A stretch of 64,000 nt of DNA from an uncultured Christensenellaceae bacterium (lineage in GTDB: Bacteria > Bacillota > Clostridia > Christensenellales > UBA3700). A program made the position numbers and the translations under genes. The notes below the pieces were generated by a model, which saw nothing but the letters and a program-made list of their open reading frames with translations, did no database searches and was not told the DNA's origin. This document shows, piece after piece, positions 17,321 to 28,189 of the stretch (positions are counted from its first letter, which is position 1; each line of letters starts with the position of its first letter). The DNA is taken from positions 96,228 to 160,227 of the forward strand of contig CAJUOU010000002.1 of assembly GCA_910588545.1 (NCBI GenBank), given 5' to 3'.

Positions 17321-19976
17321 TTTTCAACTCTTCGATTTGACTTTTTATTTTTTCCGCAAGTTGTGTGTAATTGGCAAGTTTTTCCTTTTCCTTATCTACC
17401 AACTGTTTAGGTGCTCTTGCAATAAAGCCTTGATTGTTAAGCATTTTGGTTGCACGTTCAATTTCGCTGTTGGTGTCTTCCAAATCTTTTGTAAGTCTTG
17501 CAATTTCTTTTTCATTGTCTACAAGATTGCCAAGCGGAATCAAAATATCTCCGAAATCGCTGATAATCACACTTACCTTTTCGCTAATTTCCTGTTTGTC
17601 TTTAATATATGATACACTGCCGATATTAGCCATTTTTATAATGTACGGCATAATAGTATCCAAAACTTTTATGTCAACGCTAGGTGCAATAATCAAATCG
17701 ATTTTTTGAGATGGTTTTACATTCATTTCCACCCTCAAGTTACGTATACCTTTTATAATATCCATAACTTTTTCAAATGTTTCCCTTTCCTTTTTGTAGT
17801 TATACTTTTTAATAACTTGTGGCCAATCGCTAATCATAATGCTGGATTTTGCAGTGGCAGTAAACGAATAAATTTCATCGGTAATGAAAGGCACAAACGG
17901 ATGCAACAACTTTAATATTTTGTCAAGCACATAATTCAAAACTGTTACAGTGTTTGTTTTTTTATCCGCATTATCGCCATACAAAGCGGCTTTTGATAGC
18001 TCTATATACCAATCACAAAAATCATTCCAAACAAAATCGTAAATACTGCTACAAGCCAAGCCCAAATCGTATTTCTCCATACATTTAGTGCTTTCCTTAA
18101 CAGTGTTGTTCAATTTTGATAATATCCATTTATCGCTAGGTGTCAAGCGGAAACTGCCCATTTCCTTTAATTTAACATTTTGGGTATTCATCATAACAAA
18201 CCTAGATGCATTCCAAACTTTGTTAAGGAAGTTACGACAACTTACCACTTTTTCCTCAATAAATCTAGTATCTCCACCCGGAGCAATACCCATAAGCAAG
18301 CTAAGTCTTAAACTATCCGCACCATAATTATCTATAACTTCAAGCGGGTCAATACCATTTCCCAAAGACTTACTCATTTTTCTGCCTTGGCTGTCACGAA
18401 CAATACCGTGTATCAAAACTTCAGGGAAAGGTATATCCCCCATGTGTTCCAAGCCACTGAAAATCATCCTTGCAACCCAGAAGAAAATTATATCATAAGC
18501 AGTTACAAGCAAGCTTGTAGGGTAAAAATATTGCAAATCTTTTGTTTGCTCCGGATATCCAAGTGTAGAAAACGGCCACAATGCAGAGGAAAACCAAGTA
18601 TCCAAAACATCCTCATCTTGTCTTAAATGTGTGCTACCACACTTGCTGCATACTTTAGGTGCATCTTCCTGTACCATCATTTTACCACAATCTTCGCAGT
18701 AGTAAGCAGGTATCCTGTGTCCCCACCAAAGCTGACGCGAAATGCACCAATCTTTAATATTTTCCATCCAATTAAAGTATGTTTTGCTAAATCTGCTTGG
18801 GATAAATTCAATCTTTTTATCCTTAACAACTTTAACTGCCGGTTTTGCAAGCGGTCCCATTTTAACAAACCATTGTTTGCTGACAATAGGCTCAACCACA
18901 TTGTGACACCTATAGCAAACACCTACATTGTGCTTGTATGGCTCTTCCTTAACAAGATATCCGCCTGTCTTTAAATCTTCTACAATTTTAGCTCTTGCAT
19001 CCAACCTATCCAAACCGCAGTATATGCCTGCAAGTTCGTTCATAGTTCCGTCATCGTTCATAATGCGGATAACATCCAAATTGTGTCTTAACCCCACTTC
19101 AAAGTCGTTAGGGTCGTGCGCAGGTGTAATTTTAACCGCACCACTACCAAAATCAAGCTCTACATACTCATCCGCAATAACGGGAATTTGTTTGTCCGTA
19201 AGCGGTAAAATAAGCATTTTGCCAATAATATCTTTATATCTTTCGTCCTTTGGATTGACAGCAACGGCACTATCACCAAGCATAGTCTCAGGTCTTGTAG
19301 TTGCAACAACAAGCTCCCCACTGCCATCTGCAAACGGATACCTAATATGCCATAGGAAGGAGTCCTGCTCTTCATAGTCAACTTCCGCATCACTCAATGC
19401 AGTTTTACAGGACGGACACCAATTTATAATACGGTCAGCCTTATAAATCAAACCTTTATTGTATAGCTTAACAAAAACGTGTTTTACCGCTTTTGTAAGA
19501 TTATCATCCATTGTAAAAGCAAGTCTGCTCCAATCGCATGAGGAACCAAGCCTTTTTAATTGCTCGATAATTCTTCCACCGTACTGTTCTTTCCACTCCC
19601 AAGCACGCTCCAAAAAACCGTCTCTTCCCACATCGGCTTTTGTAAGTCCGTCTTGTTTCATTTTTTCAACAATCTTGACCTCGGTCGCAATAGACGCATG
19701 GTCTGTACCCGGTAGCCACAAAGTAGCATATCCTTGCATACGTTTAAACCTTACAATAGTATCTTGAATACTGTTGTTCAAGGCATGTCCCATGTGTAAT
19801 TGACCCGTAATATTAGGAGGCGGAATAACAATGGAAAACGGTTGCTTGTTGCTATCAGCTTCCGCTCTGAAATACCCCTTTTTCTCCCACTCTTTATATA
19901 ATTTTTCTTCAAACTCTTTCGGATTATATGTTTTTGACATATCCATAAACCGCACCTTCCTATTTTTCTCAAGCAT
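17313..19976 (-). CDS. valS: valine--tRNA ligase
   Basis: Class I HIGH-type motif PPPNITGQLHMGHA and KMSKS. C-terminal coiled coil. Length 887 aa. Confidence 0.95.
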   Translation of the reverse strand: MLEKNRKVRFMDMSKTYNPKEFEEKLYKEWEKKGYFRAEADSNKQPFSIVIPPPNITGQLHMGHALNNSIQDTIVRFKRMQGYATLWLPGTDHASIATEVKIVEKMKQDGLTKADVGRDGFLERAWEWKEQYGGRIIEQLKRLGSSCDWSRLAFTMDDNLTKAVKHVFVKLYNKGLIYKADRIINWCPSCKTALSDAEVDYEEQDSFLWHIRYPFADGSGELVVATTRPETMLGDSAVAVNPKDERYKDIIGKMLILPLTDKQIPVIADEYVELDFGSGAVKITPAHDPNDFEVGLRHNLDVIRIMNDDGTMNELAGIYCGLDRLDARAKIVEDLKTGGYLVKEEPYKHNVGVCYRCHNVVEPIVSKQWFVKMGPLAKPAVKVVKDKKIEFIPSRFSKTYFNWMENIKDWCISRQLWWGHRIPAYYCEDCGKMMVQEDAPKVCSKCGSTHLRQDEDVLDTWFSSALWPFSTLGYPEQTKDLQYFYPTSLLVTAYDIIFFWVARMIFSGLEHMGDIPFPEVLIHGIVRDSQGRKMSKSLGNGIDPLEVIDNYGADSLRLSLLMGIAPGGDTRFIEEKVVSCRNFLNKVWNASRFVMMNTQNVKLKEMGSFRLTPSDKWILSKLNNTVKESTKCMEKYDLGLACSSIYDFVWNDFCDWYIELSKAALYGDNADKKTNTVTVLNYVLDKILKLLHPFVPFITDEIYSFTATAKSSIMISDWPQVIKKYNYKKERETFEKVMDIIKGIRNLRVEMNVKPSQKIDLIIAPSVDIKVLDTIMPYIIKMANIGSVSYIKDKQEISEKVSVIISDFGDILIPLGNLVDNEKEIARLTKDLEDTNSEIERATKMLNNQGFIARAPKQLVDKEKEKLANYTQLAEKIKSQIEELKNA

Positions 19977-19995
19977 TTTATATTTTTATCTAAAT

Positions 19996-20259
19996 TTATT
20001 TTACAAAAAGCACTGCAAGCAAAGCCCCTATCAAGGTTACTCCAAAAGCAACGCCTTTGAATATCAAGCCTACATTTGCAAGTTTTTTATCGTCTGCATC
20101 TTTCATTTTAAGTGTAACGTGATAGGCAATTTTATTGCTGAATATCAACAAAACTATTCCTATAAACATAACGACTATTCCACTTATTACAAATGGATTT
20201 TTAAATCTCTCCCAACTCCACTCGAATATTGCGGAAAGGCTGTAAGCAAAGTCAATCAT
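19996..20259 (-). CDS. small two-TM membrane protein
   Basis: 87 aa with two hydrophobic helices. 4-nt overlap with pgsA and 19 nt upstream of valS, so operonic. Confidence 0.5.
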   Translation of the reverse strand: MIDFAYSLSAIFEWSWERFKNPFVISGIVVMFIGIVLLIFSNKIAYHVTLKMKDADDKKLANVGLIFKGVAFGVTLIGALLAVLFVK

Positions 20260-21044
20260 ACCTGTTTATCCCCGTCGCAGACTGAAGTATCGCTACTTAA
20301 GGTATCTCCCGATTTTTCTTCCTTACATAAATCTGCGTCATTGATATCTGCGTTTTCTACAGCAACCTCGTTTACAACATTTTCCTCAACTTGGGCTTGA
20401 AGTACAATTTCTTCATTTTTTTGATTGTCCGAGTCGACTGCAAATTTCAATCTTTTTTCAGTAATTTCTCTTTTTCTAAACTTAAAAAACTGAACTGTAT
20501 AAATAACCGCCGTGACGACTGCAAAAACTGCACCGCAAGTCAAAATCACATTAACGGCTATGTCGTAAGCCATATTGCCCTCTTTTGCGAAAAATCCCAA
20601 TACGATACCCAATGAATTTAAGCAAGTTGCGAATTTGCCAAAGATATTGGATTGCAACACGTAATCGCTTTTAAACAACTTGACAATCACACTACCGCCA
20701 AGCACCATATATGTTTCCTTAATGAAAAACACTACAGGAAATCCCCAATGTATCTTACCCAAAATAGTAAGACAAAGCAATGTGGAAACCTGCAACAACT
20801 TATCTGCAATAGGGTCTGCAACTTTACCGATATCACTAATCAAATGATAATGTCTTGCAATAAAGCCGTCCACCAAATCGGTAATCGAAGCAAATATGAA
20901 TATTCCAAACGCTATGTAGATATTGTTGGGAATACTTTTATCTAAAATAATCCAAATGAAAAATGGCACACACACAATCCTTATGTATGTCAAAATATTA
21001 GGTATGGTAAATATTTCATTTTTGCTAAATTTCATTTTTTTCAC
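20256..21044 (-). CDS. pgsA: CDP-alcohol phosphatidyltransferase (CDP-diacylglycerol--glycerol-3-phosphate 3-phosphatidyltransferase-like) with an acidic C-terminal extension
   Basis: Motif DLVDGFIARH...GKVADPIADK (D-G-x2-A-R...G-x3-D-x3-D). Confidence 0.8.
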   Translation of the reverse strand: MKKMKFSKNEIFTIPNILTYIRIVCVPFFIWIILDKSIPNNIYIAFGIFIFASITDLVDGFIARHYHLISDIGKVADPIADKLLQVSTLLCLTILGKIHWGFPVVFFIKETYMVLGGSVIVKLFKSDYVLQSNIFGKFATCLNSLGIVLGFFAKEGNMAYDIAVNVILTCGAVFAVVTAVIYTVQFFKFRKREITEKRLKFAVDSDNQKNEEIVLQAQVEENVVNEVAVENADINDADLCKEEKSGDTLSSDTSVCDGDKQV

Positions 21045-21113
21045 CTTCAGTAAATCAGTACTACAAAGTAGTATATCATACTTTTATTTATTTGTAAACA
21101 TTTTTATTAATTA

Positions 21114-22091
21114 TTAAATTAAACTTTTTAAATAATTATTTTTATTTTTTAGCTTGTTAATCAAACACGTTATACAGTTATATATTAAATTGCAAATTAT
21201 CAAAATGCAAACGATAAGGCCTATTTCGCCGATCTCTCCATAACAAAAAGCAACCAAACTCGCAAAATCAAGCCCGTCAAAATAACAAGCAAGTGTAAAG
21301 AACAGCACAAATACTATCCACTTATGCGGCAAAAATTTTAAAATCATATCTGCAAACGCTCTTCCCGAGCCGATAAGAGTAGTAAAAATTGCAAGATATA
21401 CGACAATGGCGGCAAGTGCACCCAAACCGTAACTCCTTGCAACCTCGAATACAGGCATACCCGCCGCAGGCGATTGCATGCTTATTACATAGCAAATACT
21501 CATTAAAAGTGTCATAACGAAAGCGACCAATACGCCTGAACAGACTATTTGTTTGTGTGACAAATCACATCCCTCTTCGCTCATAAAGTATCCACCCAAA
21601 AGCATATTCATACCTGCATATTTCAGTGAGGATGAAAAATCGAAACCGCTGTACAACTCCCCCCCGCCGATTATCAAAATTACCAACATTATAAGCACAA
21701 TCAAAGGAACGATAATCAAATTTAAAATCTTTATGATTCGTATATCGTAAAGCATAATAATAGCAACAACAAATCCCGTAATTATACCGAAATATTTAAT
21801 CCCAAACTGATTATAAATAAGTTCACTCGTGCCGCTTATCATAATGCAATAAGTGATTATCGATGATAGAAACACTACGATTTTCGTAAGGTTTTTCATT
21901 ATTTTATACTTGCTTTGCAGCTTCCCGAAATAGCAAAATGCTATGCTGAGCAGCCCCATTATAATACCCGATATCACAACGGAAATATACCCACTATTTT
22001 TAAAGTACAAAACTATTTCGCTACCCGTTGCAAACCCGGCACCGATTACCACCCCAACAAATAAAAACACTAATTTAAAAATACGTCGCAT
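21114..22091 (-). CDS. YkvI-family membrane protein (putative transporter)
   Basis: N-terminal VGVVIGAGFATGSEI motif typical of the YkvI family. About 10 TM helices. Confidence 0.6.
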   Translation of the reverse strand: MRRIFKLVFLFVGVVIGAGFATGSEIVLYFKNSGYISVVISGIIMGLLSIAFCYFGKLQSKYKIMKNLTKIVVFLSSIITYCIMISGTSELIYNQFGIKYFGIITGFVVAIIMLYDIRIIKILNLIIVPLIVLIMLVILIIGGGELYSGFDFSSSLKYAGMNMLLGGYFMSEEGCDLSHKQIVCSGVLVAFVMTLLMSICYVISMQSPAAGMPVFEVARSYGLGALAAIVVYLAIFTTLIGSGRAFADMILKFLPHKWIVFVLFFTLACYFDGLDFASLVAFCYGEIGEIGLIVCILIICNLIYNCITCLINKLKNKNNYLKSLI

Positions 22092-22144
22092 ATTAAAGTG
22101 TATGCGACATATTAATTATTAATAATTTTTTTTAAAATTTTGTA

Positions 22145-23911
22145 TTATTCTCCGGGATTTTCGGATTTTAAAATTTTGTTATGAATTCTTTTTAAAACCA
22201 ATTCAAAAATATCATCGTCTTCCAAATCGAAAAACTCTCCGTTCTTTTTTATTGCATAAATATACGATTTTACTCGTTTTTCATTGCACTCCACAACACG
22301 AGAAACAGTTTGTACAATATCGTCATTAACAAGCACATAGCTGTTACAAATAATAGCAGCAGCCAAAGCATACTCGTCACGAAATTTGCGTTTTGTCTCT
22401 TTCATTGCAGCAAGCAACTCTACTGCGGAAGTGTATATATTTTTGCTAAAATCCTCAGTGGAAAACGCACAATATGCAAAAGCATAGTAATAAGCATCGC
22501 TATAACATTCTGGATAATCTTTTAACTGGTCGATAGGCAAAAATTCTTCCTTATTTAAACCGCCGTCGGTAAAAAATGTAAATTCCGTTATTCCGCACTT
22601 TAGCATGGCGTATAAAATACCCGCTCTTATGATAGACGGAATTTCTCTCAAATAATTTATAGCCAAAATCTTTTGAGAAAACTTCAAGGTAAAACTATCT
22701 TTAAAATCAATCAAAAATTTTATTATTATATCTTCGTCGGCAGTCATTACGATAAGTTCAAACACATTCCACAATTCATCGTCGCCAATCGGTTTGTTAA
22801 TTTTTGCTTTGTCATAAACATCCGATAACATTGCATTTGCAACTTCCCACAACTCATCAGGAATGCTGTTGTAGTTAACTATTTTAAGGGCTTCCTTATT
22901 ACAATCAAACAAATAACCGTAAACAAGTCCCAAACCTATAATTCCGTAATAGTTATTGATTTTTTTAAGTAGACGCTTTGCATCTTGATAATTGCCTATT
23001 TTTAAATTTGCAATCATTCGCATCATTAAAATATCATAATTGTTTTCGTTTTTTGTACTGTAATTATTTAGCAATTTTACACATTTTTCATATTCTCCGC
23101 GAGCATCCAAAACCTCACATATTCTTTTTAGCGAAAGTATATTTTCTATAGGACTGTACAACATTTTTTCGGTTAGTTGTTTGCTGTCAAAATCACTCAG
23201 GTGTCTTTTAGTATAAAGATACATTGCTATGGCCTCTAAATTATCCGGAAATTTTTTAAACCTACGTTCACTGATATCTGCGAGTTTTTCTTCGTCAAAT
23301 AAAGTTAAATAGATACAAATCAACAGTTCGTACGCAGGTTGATAGTCGGGGAACATTTCAAGCAATTTTTCAAGACATTCACAAGCAACATCAAACTCCC
23401 CTTTGCTGTATAATTCATAAGCTTTTTCAAGCATATCGTTGCTTTTAAAATCATCATCTACCAAAAACAATTCGTTATCTAGTTGATTTTGACTCAAACT
23501 ATTAAAATACTCCACCAATTCTTCGGCTTTTGAAAGACCTTGATAATCCAAATTACTAAAAGTGACTAGTGCCTCTTTAAAGCCGCCAATTTCGCCACAA
23601 TTCTTACAAACATTTGCCAAATCAAGATACGCGTTGCTGTTTAAAGGATTGCATTTAATCGCATATTTAAAAGCCCATATTGCTTGTTCAACCGCATCCC
23701 ACTTGATATAAACATTACCCAGCAACTCAAGTAATTGTGATTGTATTTCCAATGGACATTTATCGTATTTGTCTTGCAAGAACTCTGCTACAGCCACATA
23801 GTCTTGCTTTTCATAATATTTTGTAGCCAGCTGCAAAATTCTTTCCGGACTCATATATTCTTCAAAACTTATCATTACCAATTCCTTATTTTTACATTTA
23901 AATATTTGCAA
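22145..23911 (-). CDS. tetratricopeptide-repeat (TPR) protein, function unknown
   Basis: Repeated TPR-like helical pairs (AIWAFKYAIKCNPLNSNAYLDLANVC and others). The true start may be ATG 23875 (MISFEEY), which has an AAGGA SD. Confidence 0.6.
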   Translation of the reverse strand: MQIFKCKNKELVMISFEEYMSPERILQLATKYYEKQDYVAVAEFLQDKYDKCPLEIQSQLLELLGNVYIKWDAVEQAIWAFKYAIKCNPLNSNAYLDLANVCKNCGEIGGFKEALVTFSNLDYQGLSKAEELVEYFNSLSQNQLDNELFLVDDDFKSNDMLEKAYELYSKGEFDVACECLEKLLEMFPDYQPAYELLICIYLTLFDEEKLADISERRFKKFPDNLEAIAMYLYTKRHLSDFDSKQLTEKMLYSPIENILSLKRICEVLDARGEYEKCVKLLNNYSTKNENNYDILMMRMIANLKIGNYQDAKRLLKKINNYYGIIGLGLVYGYLFDCNKEALKIVNYNSIPDELWEVANAMLSDVYDKAKINKPIGDDELWNVFELIVMTADEDIIIKFLIDFKDSFTLKFSQKILAINYLREIPSIIRAGILYAMLKCGITEFTFFTDGGLNKEEFLPIDQLKDYPECYSDAYYYAFAYCAFSTEDFSKNIYTSAVELLAAMKETKRKFRDEYALAAAIICNSYVLVNDDIVQTVSRVVECNEKRVKSYIYAIKKNGEFFDLEDDDIFELVLKRIHNKILKSENPGE

Positions 23912-24764
23912 TCTCTTTTATGCGTTTTGCATCAAAAACATAATATTTGTTACAAAAATCGCAATGAATTTCAATTTTATTCTCTTTTGCAAGTATATCT
24001 TTTATCTCTTCCTTATCCAACGATTTGATTATATTTATCATTCTTTCTTCACTGCATTTACACTTAAATTCGGGATAAACAGGCGGCATAAGTTTACATT
24101 CGAAATGTCCGAAATTTTCTTCTATAATCTCTTCCGCAGTTTTGTTTTGTATAAGTTCGCCAAAATTTGTAAAATTGCGGACAATATCCTGTAAAACAAC
24201 TACATACTCCTCCTCACAATTTGGCATTGGTTGAACGATTATTGCCCCGCAGGATGAAACTTTGCCGTCTTTAATCACCGCACCGCTTGCAACTGCCGTA
24301 GGAAGTCCCTCACTAGTTGTAAAGTAATATGCAAAATCGCTGTCAATACTTCCGTTTACAATTTGAGTTTTGCCAACATAAGGATTTTTTAGTCCGAAAT
24401 CCTTAATAACCGTTATACTTCCCTCTTTTCCGATACATTCGGAAACATCGTATGTACCGTTAGCCGACTTCGACACTTTAGGATTGCGATTTTCCACAAA
24501 CCCTCTAACGATACCGCCTGTCTCTCCTGCAACAATTATTTTGCCGCATTTTCCGCCGCCATCAACAGTCACACTCAACCTTATGTTTGTTCCTTTGATA
24601 CCGCAACCTAAAAAAGCACCGATACAAAGCACCCTTGCAAGAACTTCGCTTGCAGCATCATTTGTTTGCTGTTTATCTACGGCAACCTGTGCCAAATCTT
24701 TTCCGTTTACTACGCTTACAATAGCTTTTCCGCCAAATAATATCGCTTTTTGTATAATGTCCAT
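23898..24764 (-). CDS. hslO: Hsp33-family redox-regulated molecular chaperone
   Basis: Hsp33 fold pattern and a C-terminal zinc centre, CKC...CDFC (FKCKCSEERM...IHCDFCNKYYVF). Confidence 0.9.
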   Translation of the reverse strand: MDIIQKAILFGGKAIVSVVNGKDLAQVAVDKQQTNDAASEVLARVLCIGAFLGCGIKGTNIRLSVTVDGGGKCGKIIVAGETGGIVRGFVENRNPKVSKSANGTYDVSECIGKEGSITVIKDFGLKNPYVGKTQIVNGSIDSDFAYYFTTSEGLPTAVASGAVIKDGKVSSCGAIIVQPMPNCEEEYVVVLQDIVRNFTNFGELIQNKTAEEIIEENFGHFECKLMPPVYPEFKCKCSEERMINIIKSLDKEEIKDILAKENKIEIHCDFCNKYYVFDAKRIKEIANI

Positions 24765-24802
24765 TTTTCACCTTGTATTTGATTTATTAATTGTACTGCT
24801 TA

Positions 24803-25519
24803 TTATAATTTTTTGCAAATAAATAAAAGCCTTAAACTTTCGTCTTTCAGACTATCAAACTTTTCGCCGTCAAATGTTTGTACGCTAAAACCTGCATTTT
24901 TCAAACAATCTTCCACAAATTGTCTATCATGAATATATTGTATATGACTCTCGTCTTCTCTTTTATACAAATCCCCTATTTTTTCAAAAACAGTTATATC
25001 CATTTGTACAAAATCCTTATTAAGTTTATTTGTCCATAGATATGTCAAATCGTCCCTATCCTCGTAAAAAATATTATTACCTATAACATTTTTCAATTTA
25101 TAGCTACTGCTTATATCAAAAATAAAGTATCCGCCGCTTTTCATATACCCGCTTATTTTGTCAAAAGCCTTTTGCAAATCGCAATCCGTTATGTAATTAA
25201 ATCCATCACATACGGCAATAACATTGTTTGCTTTAAAAGGAGGTACGAAAGTCAAAATATCGTCTTTTACAAATTGAATATATTTTCTGTTTTTAAAATT
25301 GTTTTGCACAGCTTTATCCAACATTTCGCTACAATTATCCACAGCAATAACGCTATCACAAACTTTGACTAAATAATCGGTAAAAGCACCACTTCCACAT
25401 GCAAGTTCTACGACCTTTCCGCTAAAGTAGTGCTTTATAAATTCAAAATATTTTGAGTAATCAAAGTCAGTATTAGCGCTATCATAAAATTTTGCTATAA
25501 CTGAATATGCTTCCATCAT
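24803..25519 (-). CDS. class I SAM-dependent methyltransferase
   Basis: Motif I VVELACGSGAFTDYL. 4-nt overlap with the upstream gene. Confidence 0.75.
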   Translation of the reverse strand: MMEAYSVIAKFYDSANTDFDYSKYFEFIKHYFSGKVVELACGSGAFTDYLVKVCDSVIAVDNCSEMLDKAVQNNFKNRKYIQFVKDDILTFVPPFKANNVIAVCDGFNYITDCDLQKAFDKISGYMKSGGYFIFDISSSYKLKNVIGNNIFYEDRDDLTYLWTNKLNKDFVQMDITVFEKIGDLYKREDESHIQYIHDRQFVEDCLKNAGFSVQTFDGEKFDSLKDESLRLLFICKKL

Positions 25520-26538
25520 CTTTTTCCTTTATTCTTTTTGTTTTTATTTGTTCCTTTGCGATTGACACTCGCCTGTCTGCGTCTTTCCTTTTCTTGCGTG
25601 TAAAGCATATTTTGATATAAAACGGTTGTATAATTATCCGCAGCATAAACGCCGAAACATTGGATGGCAGTTGCATACGCCGCAAAACCGAACAAAACAA
25701 ATGTAACCAGCAAAATCATTTGTGTCAAACTTGTCCAAATCAAAGCAACCGGCAAACCTATCCACAAAATGCCAAGCATTGTAGACGGTAACAAAAGCAC
25801 AACCGCAAGCAAAATGCTGTTTTTTATTTTATCGCCCGCTTTAAAGTTATACATATTTATAATCGGCAAGAATGTAATCATAAAGAATACAATCGCAAGT
25901 GCAATAAGAACGGCAATAATCATTACTATATACATATACCAAGTGGTCATACCTGCTATGCTCATATACAAGTATCCGTAAATTGAGGCAAGAACTGCAT
26001 ACACTGCAATACCTATTATGGTAAATGCAAGCATATATTGCCACCAATATTTTTTAACTCCACGGAAAAAGTGACGAAATTTGATTTTTGCACCCCAAGC
26101 CACATTTCTACTTGAGTAAAACAAACCCGACATTCCAAGACCAATCAAACTAAAGCATGGTATAATCAAAGAGTAAAACATCAATCTAAACAAATATATC
26201 CCTTTAATTGCCATTACAGTATCCGTTGTACTGCCTGTAAATCCAAGTCCCAACTCTCCTACAAAGTTAAAGGCATTTTGTAAAATCCACCTTTGTTCCA
26301 AATTAGGCATAATAAAAAATACCAAAGCAATAAACGGTGCAGCAAGCAACATACACAAAATATTTTGAATAACAAGCGAGCTGTAATTCGATTTAAATGT
26401 ACGCCACCAATGACGAATCATACCTGTTTCGATTGGCGCTCTGTTTATACTTATATCATTGCCCAAAGTCATTTTATCCAATACTTTTGCAGCAAATGAC
26501 GGTTTATTTGATTTTTGTCGGTTTACTGTTTTTGCCAT
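25516..26538 (-). CDS. polytopic membrane protein (YesL/DUF624-like) with basic N- and C-terminal tails
   Basis: Six or more TM helices. Lys/Arg-rich termini (EKERRRQASVNRKGTNKNKKNKGKR). Family assignment is tentative. Confidence 0.45.
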   Translation of the reverse strand: MAKTVNRQKSNKPSFAAKVLDKMTLGNDISINRAPIETGMIRHWWRTFKSNYSSLVIQNILCMLLAAPFIALVFFIMPNLEQRWILQNAFNFVGELGLGFTGSTTDTVMAIKGIYLFRLMFYSLIIPCFSLIGLGMSGLFYSSRNVAWGAKIKFRHFFRGVKKYWWQYMLAFTIIGIAVYAVLASIYGYLYMSIAGMTTWYMYIVMIIAVLIALAIVFFMITFLPIINMYNFKAGDKIKNSILLAVVLLLPSTMLGILWIGLPVALIWTSLTQMILLVTFVLFGFAAYATAIQCFGVYAADNYTTVLYQNMLYTQEKERRRQASVNRKGTNKNKKNKGKR

Positions 26539-26781
26539 ACTAAAAAACTCCTAATTATCTAAAAACGAAATTGTCGAACTAATTAAATTAAAATGTACTG
26601 TTAAGAAATTCACAAAAATTTTAAGTTTTACATATCATATTTCAAATAGCAAAATAAAAAAACTCCGCCTACAACTTAATAATTTTTGACATTTTCGCTC
26701 AAAATTACACTACTTTTCATTATACTATATTTAACTATACACTAAAATTAAAAAAATATCAATTAAATTGTAGCAAATCTT

Positions 26782-26810
26782 TTGACAAATTAAAAATTTT
26801 ATGATATCAT
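26782..26810 (+). promoter_or_regulatory. promoter of the lysine-riboswitch/asd operon
   Basis: TTGACA, 17-nt spacer, TATCAT with an extended -10 TG. Confidence 0.65.
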
Positions 26811-26828
26811 TTAGTAAATTAAATTTTG

Positions 26829-27017
26829 ATGCTAATAGAGGAGCAATCAGCAATAGTATGTCCGCCAAATGGTATGCAATTACCGACAGGCAGAAAGGGT
26901 ATGATTGCCGAGGTCTTAATCATATTGCAGTGGTTAAGGTTGGGTATAAGGCTAAATCCTTATAACTGTCATCTTAGATGGAGTACTATTATGCTAGCGG
27001 TAAAAATGCTTTTTATT
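26829..27017 (+). promoter_or_regulatory. lysine riboswitch (L-box) aptamer
   Basis: L-box hallmarks AUAGAGGAGC...AGUA, GAAAGGG...UUGCCGAGG and AACUGUCA...UGGAGUACUAU. Lies upstream of lysine/DAP pathway genes. Confidence 0.85.
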
Positions 27018-27044
27018 GCAGTACGATAGTCGTACTGCTTTTTT
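27018..27044 (+). terminator. riboswitch expression-platform terminator
   Basis: GCAGTACG/CGTACTGC stem followed by T6. Confidence 0.8.
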
Positions 27045-27173
27045 AATATTCAAACATAAATTTCAAGCAAATTATATGTATAAGCAGTTTTACAAGCATG
27101 TTACAATCGGATAAATCAAAAAATTATTTATCCGTTATAAATTAGATTTTTATTTTTATTCATGGAGGCATAT

Positions 27174-28172
27174 ATGAAAAAATTCAATGTTGCAGTTGTT
27201 GGTGCTACCGGTATGGTAGGCAACAAATTTTTGGAAGTTTTAACTGAAAGACAACTTCCTGTGGAAAATTACTATCTTTTTGCTTCAAGCAAAAGTGCGG
27301 GTAAAGTTATCGATTTTATGGGCAAACCTCACACTGTTATCGAACTTACTAACGAAAATATCGCAAAATACCCTGTAGATTTTGCTTTATTCTCTGCAGG
27401 CGGCTCTACTTCTGCAAAATTCGCACCTGAATTTGTAAAATGCGGTGCTATCGTTGTAGATAACTCTAGCCAATGGCGTATGTATGACAATGTTCCGCTA
27501 GTAGTTCCGGAGGTTAATCCCGATGATATAGATTGGAACGAAGGTATTATCGCAAACCCTAACTGTTCTACTATTCAAGCTATGGTTGCCCTAAAACCTC
27601 TTCACGATAAATATACTATCAAACGTATTGTTTATAGTACATACCAAGCTGTATCAGGTGCAGGTGTTGCAGGATATAACGATTTGGTTGAGGGTGTAAA
27701 AGGTGCAGAACCTAAAAAATTCCCATACCCTATCTTTAATAACGTGCTACCTCACATAGACGTATTCTTGCCAAGCGGCTACACTAAAGAAGAAGAAAAA
27801 ATGATGAAAGAAACTCAAAAGATTCTTGACAAAAACATCAAAGTTACAGCTACAACTGTCAGAGTGCCTGTATTAAACAGCCACAGTGAATCTATTAATG
27901 TAGAGTTTGAAAAACCTTGCACTTTGGAAGGTATTTACGATGCTTTGAGAAATGCTGAAAGTGTTATTTTGTATGATGACCCAGCAAACTTGAAATACCC
28001 TATGCCTATTATTTCTAGCGGCCACGACGAAACTTATGTAGGAAGAGTAAGAATTGACGAGACTGTTCCAAGCGGTTGTAACTTATGGGTAGTTGCAGAT
28101 AACATCCGTAAAGGTGCTGCAACAAATGCCGTTCAAATTATGCAAAAATTAATGGAAAAGAAATCTAAATAA
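27174..28172 (+). CDS. asd: aspartate-semialdehyde dehydrogenase
   Basis: VAVVGATGMVG NAD(P)-binding motif and active-site NPNCSTI. Start moved to ATG 27174, downstream of a GGAGG SD (the ORF track starts at 27162). Confidence 0.93.
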   Translation: MKKFNVAVVGATGMVGNKFLEVLTERQLPVENYYLFASSKSAGKVIDFMGKPHTVIELTNENIAKYPVDFALFSAGGSTSAKFAPEFVKCGAIVVDNSSQWRMYDNVPLVVPEVNPDDIDWNEGIIANPNCSTIQAMVALKPLHDKYTIKRIVYSTYQAVSGAGVAGYNDLVEGVKGAEPKKFPYPIFNNVLPHIDVFLPSGYTKEEEKMMKETQKILDKNIKVTATTVRVPVLNSHSESINVEFEKPCTLEGIYDALRNAESVILYDDPANLKYPMPIISSGHDETYVGRVRIDETVPSGCNLWVVADNIRKGAATNAVQIMQKLMEKKSK

Positions 28173-28189
28173 TAATCGGAGGTACTATT

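Noticed and set aside
17313-20000. T-box leaders upstream of valS and argS, as expected in many Firmicutes
   Set aside because: valS is preceded by only 19 nt after the small membrane protein gene. argS starts 10 nt after the ychF stop. There is no room for a leader, so both are read as parts of operons.
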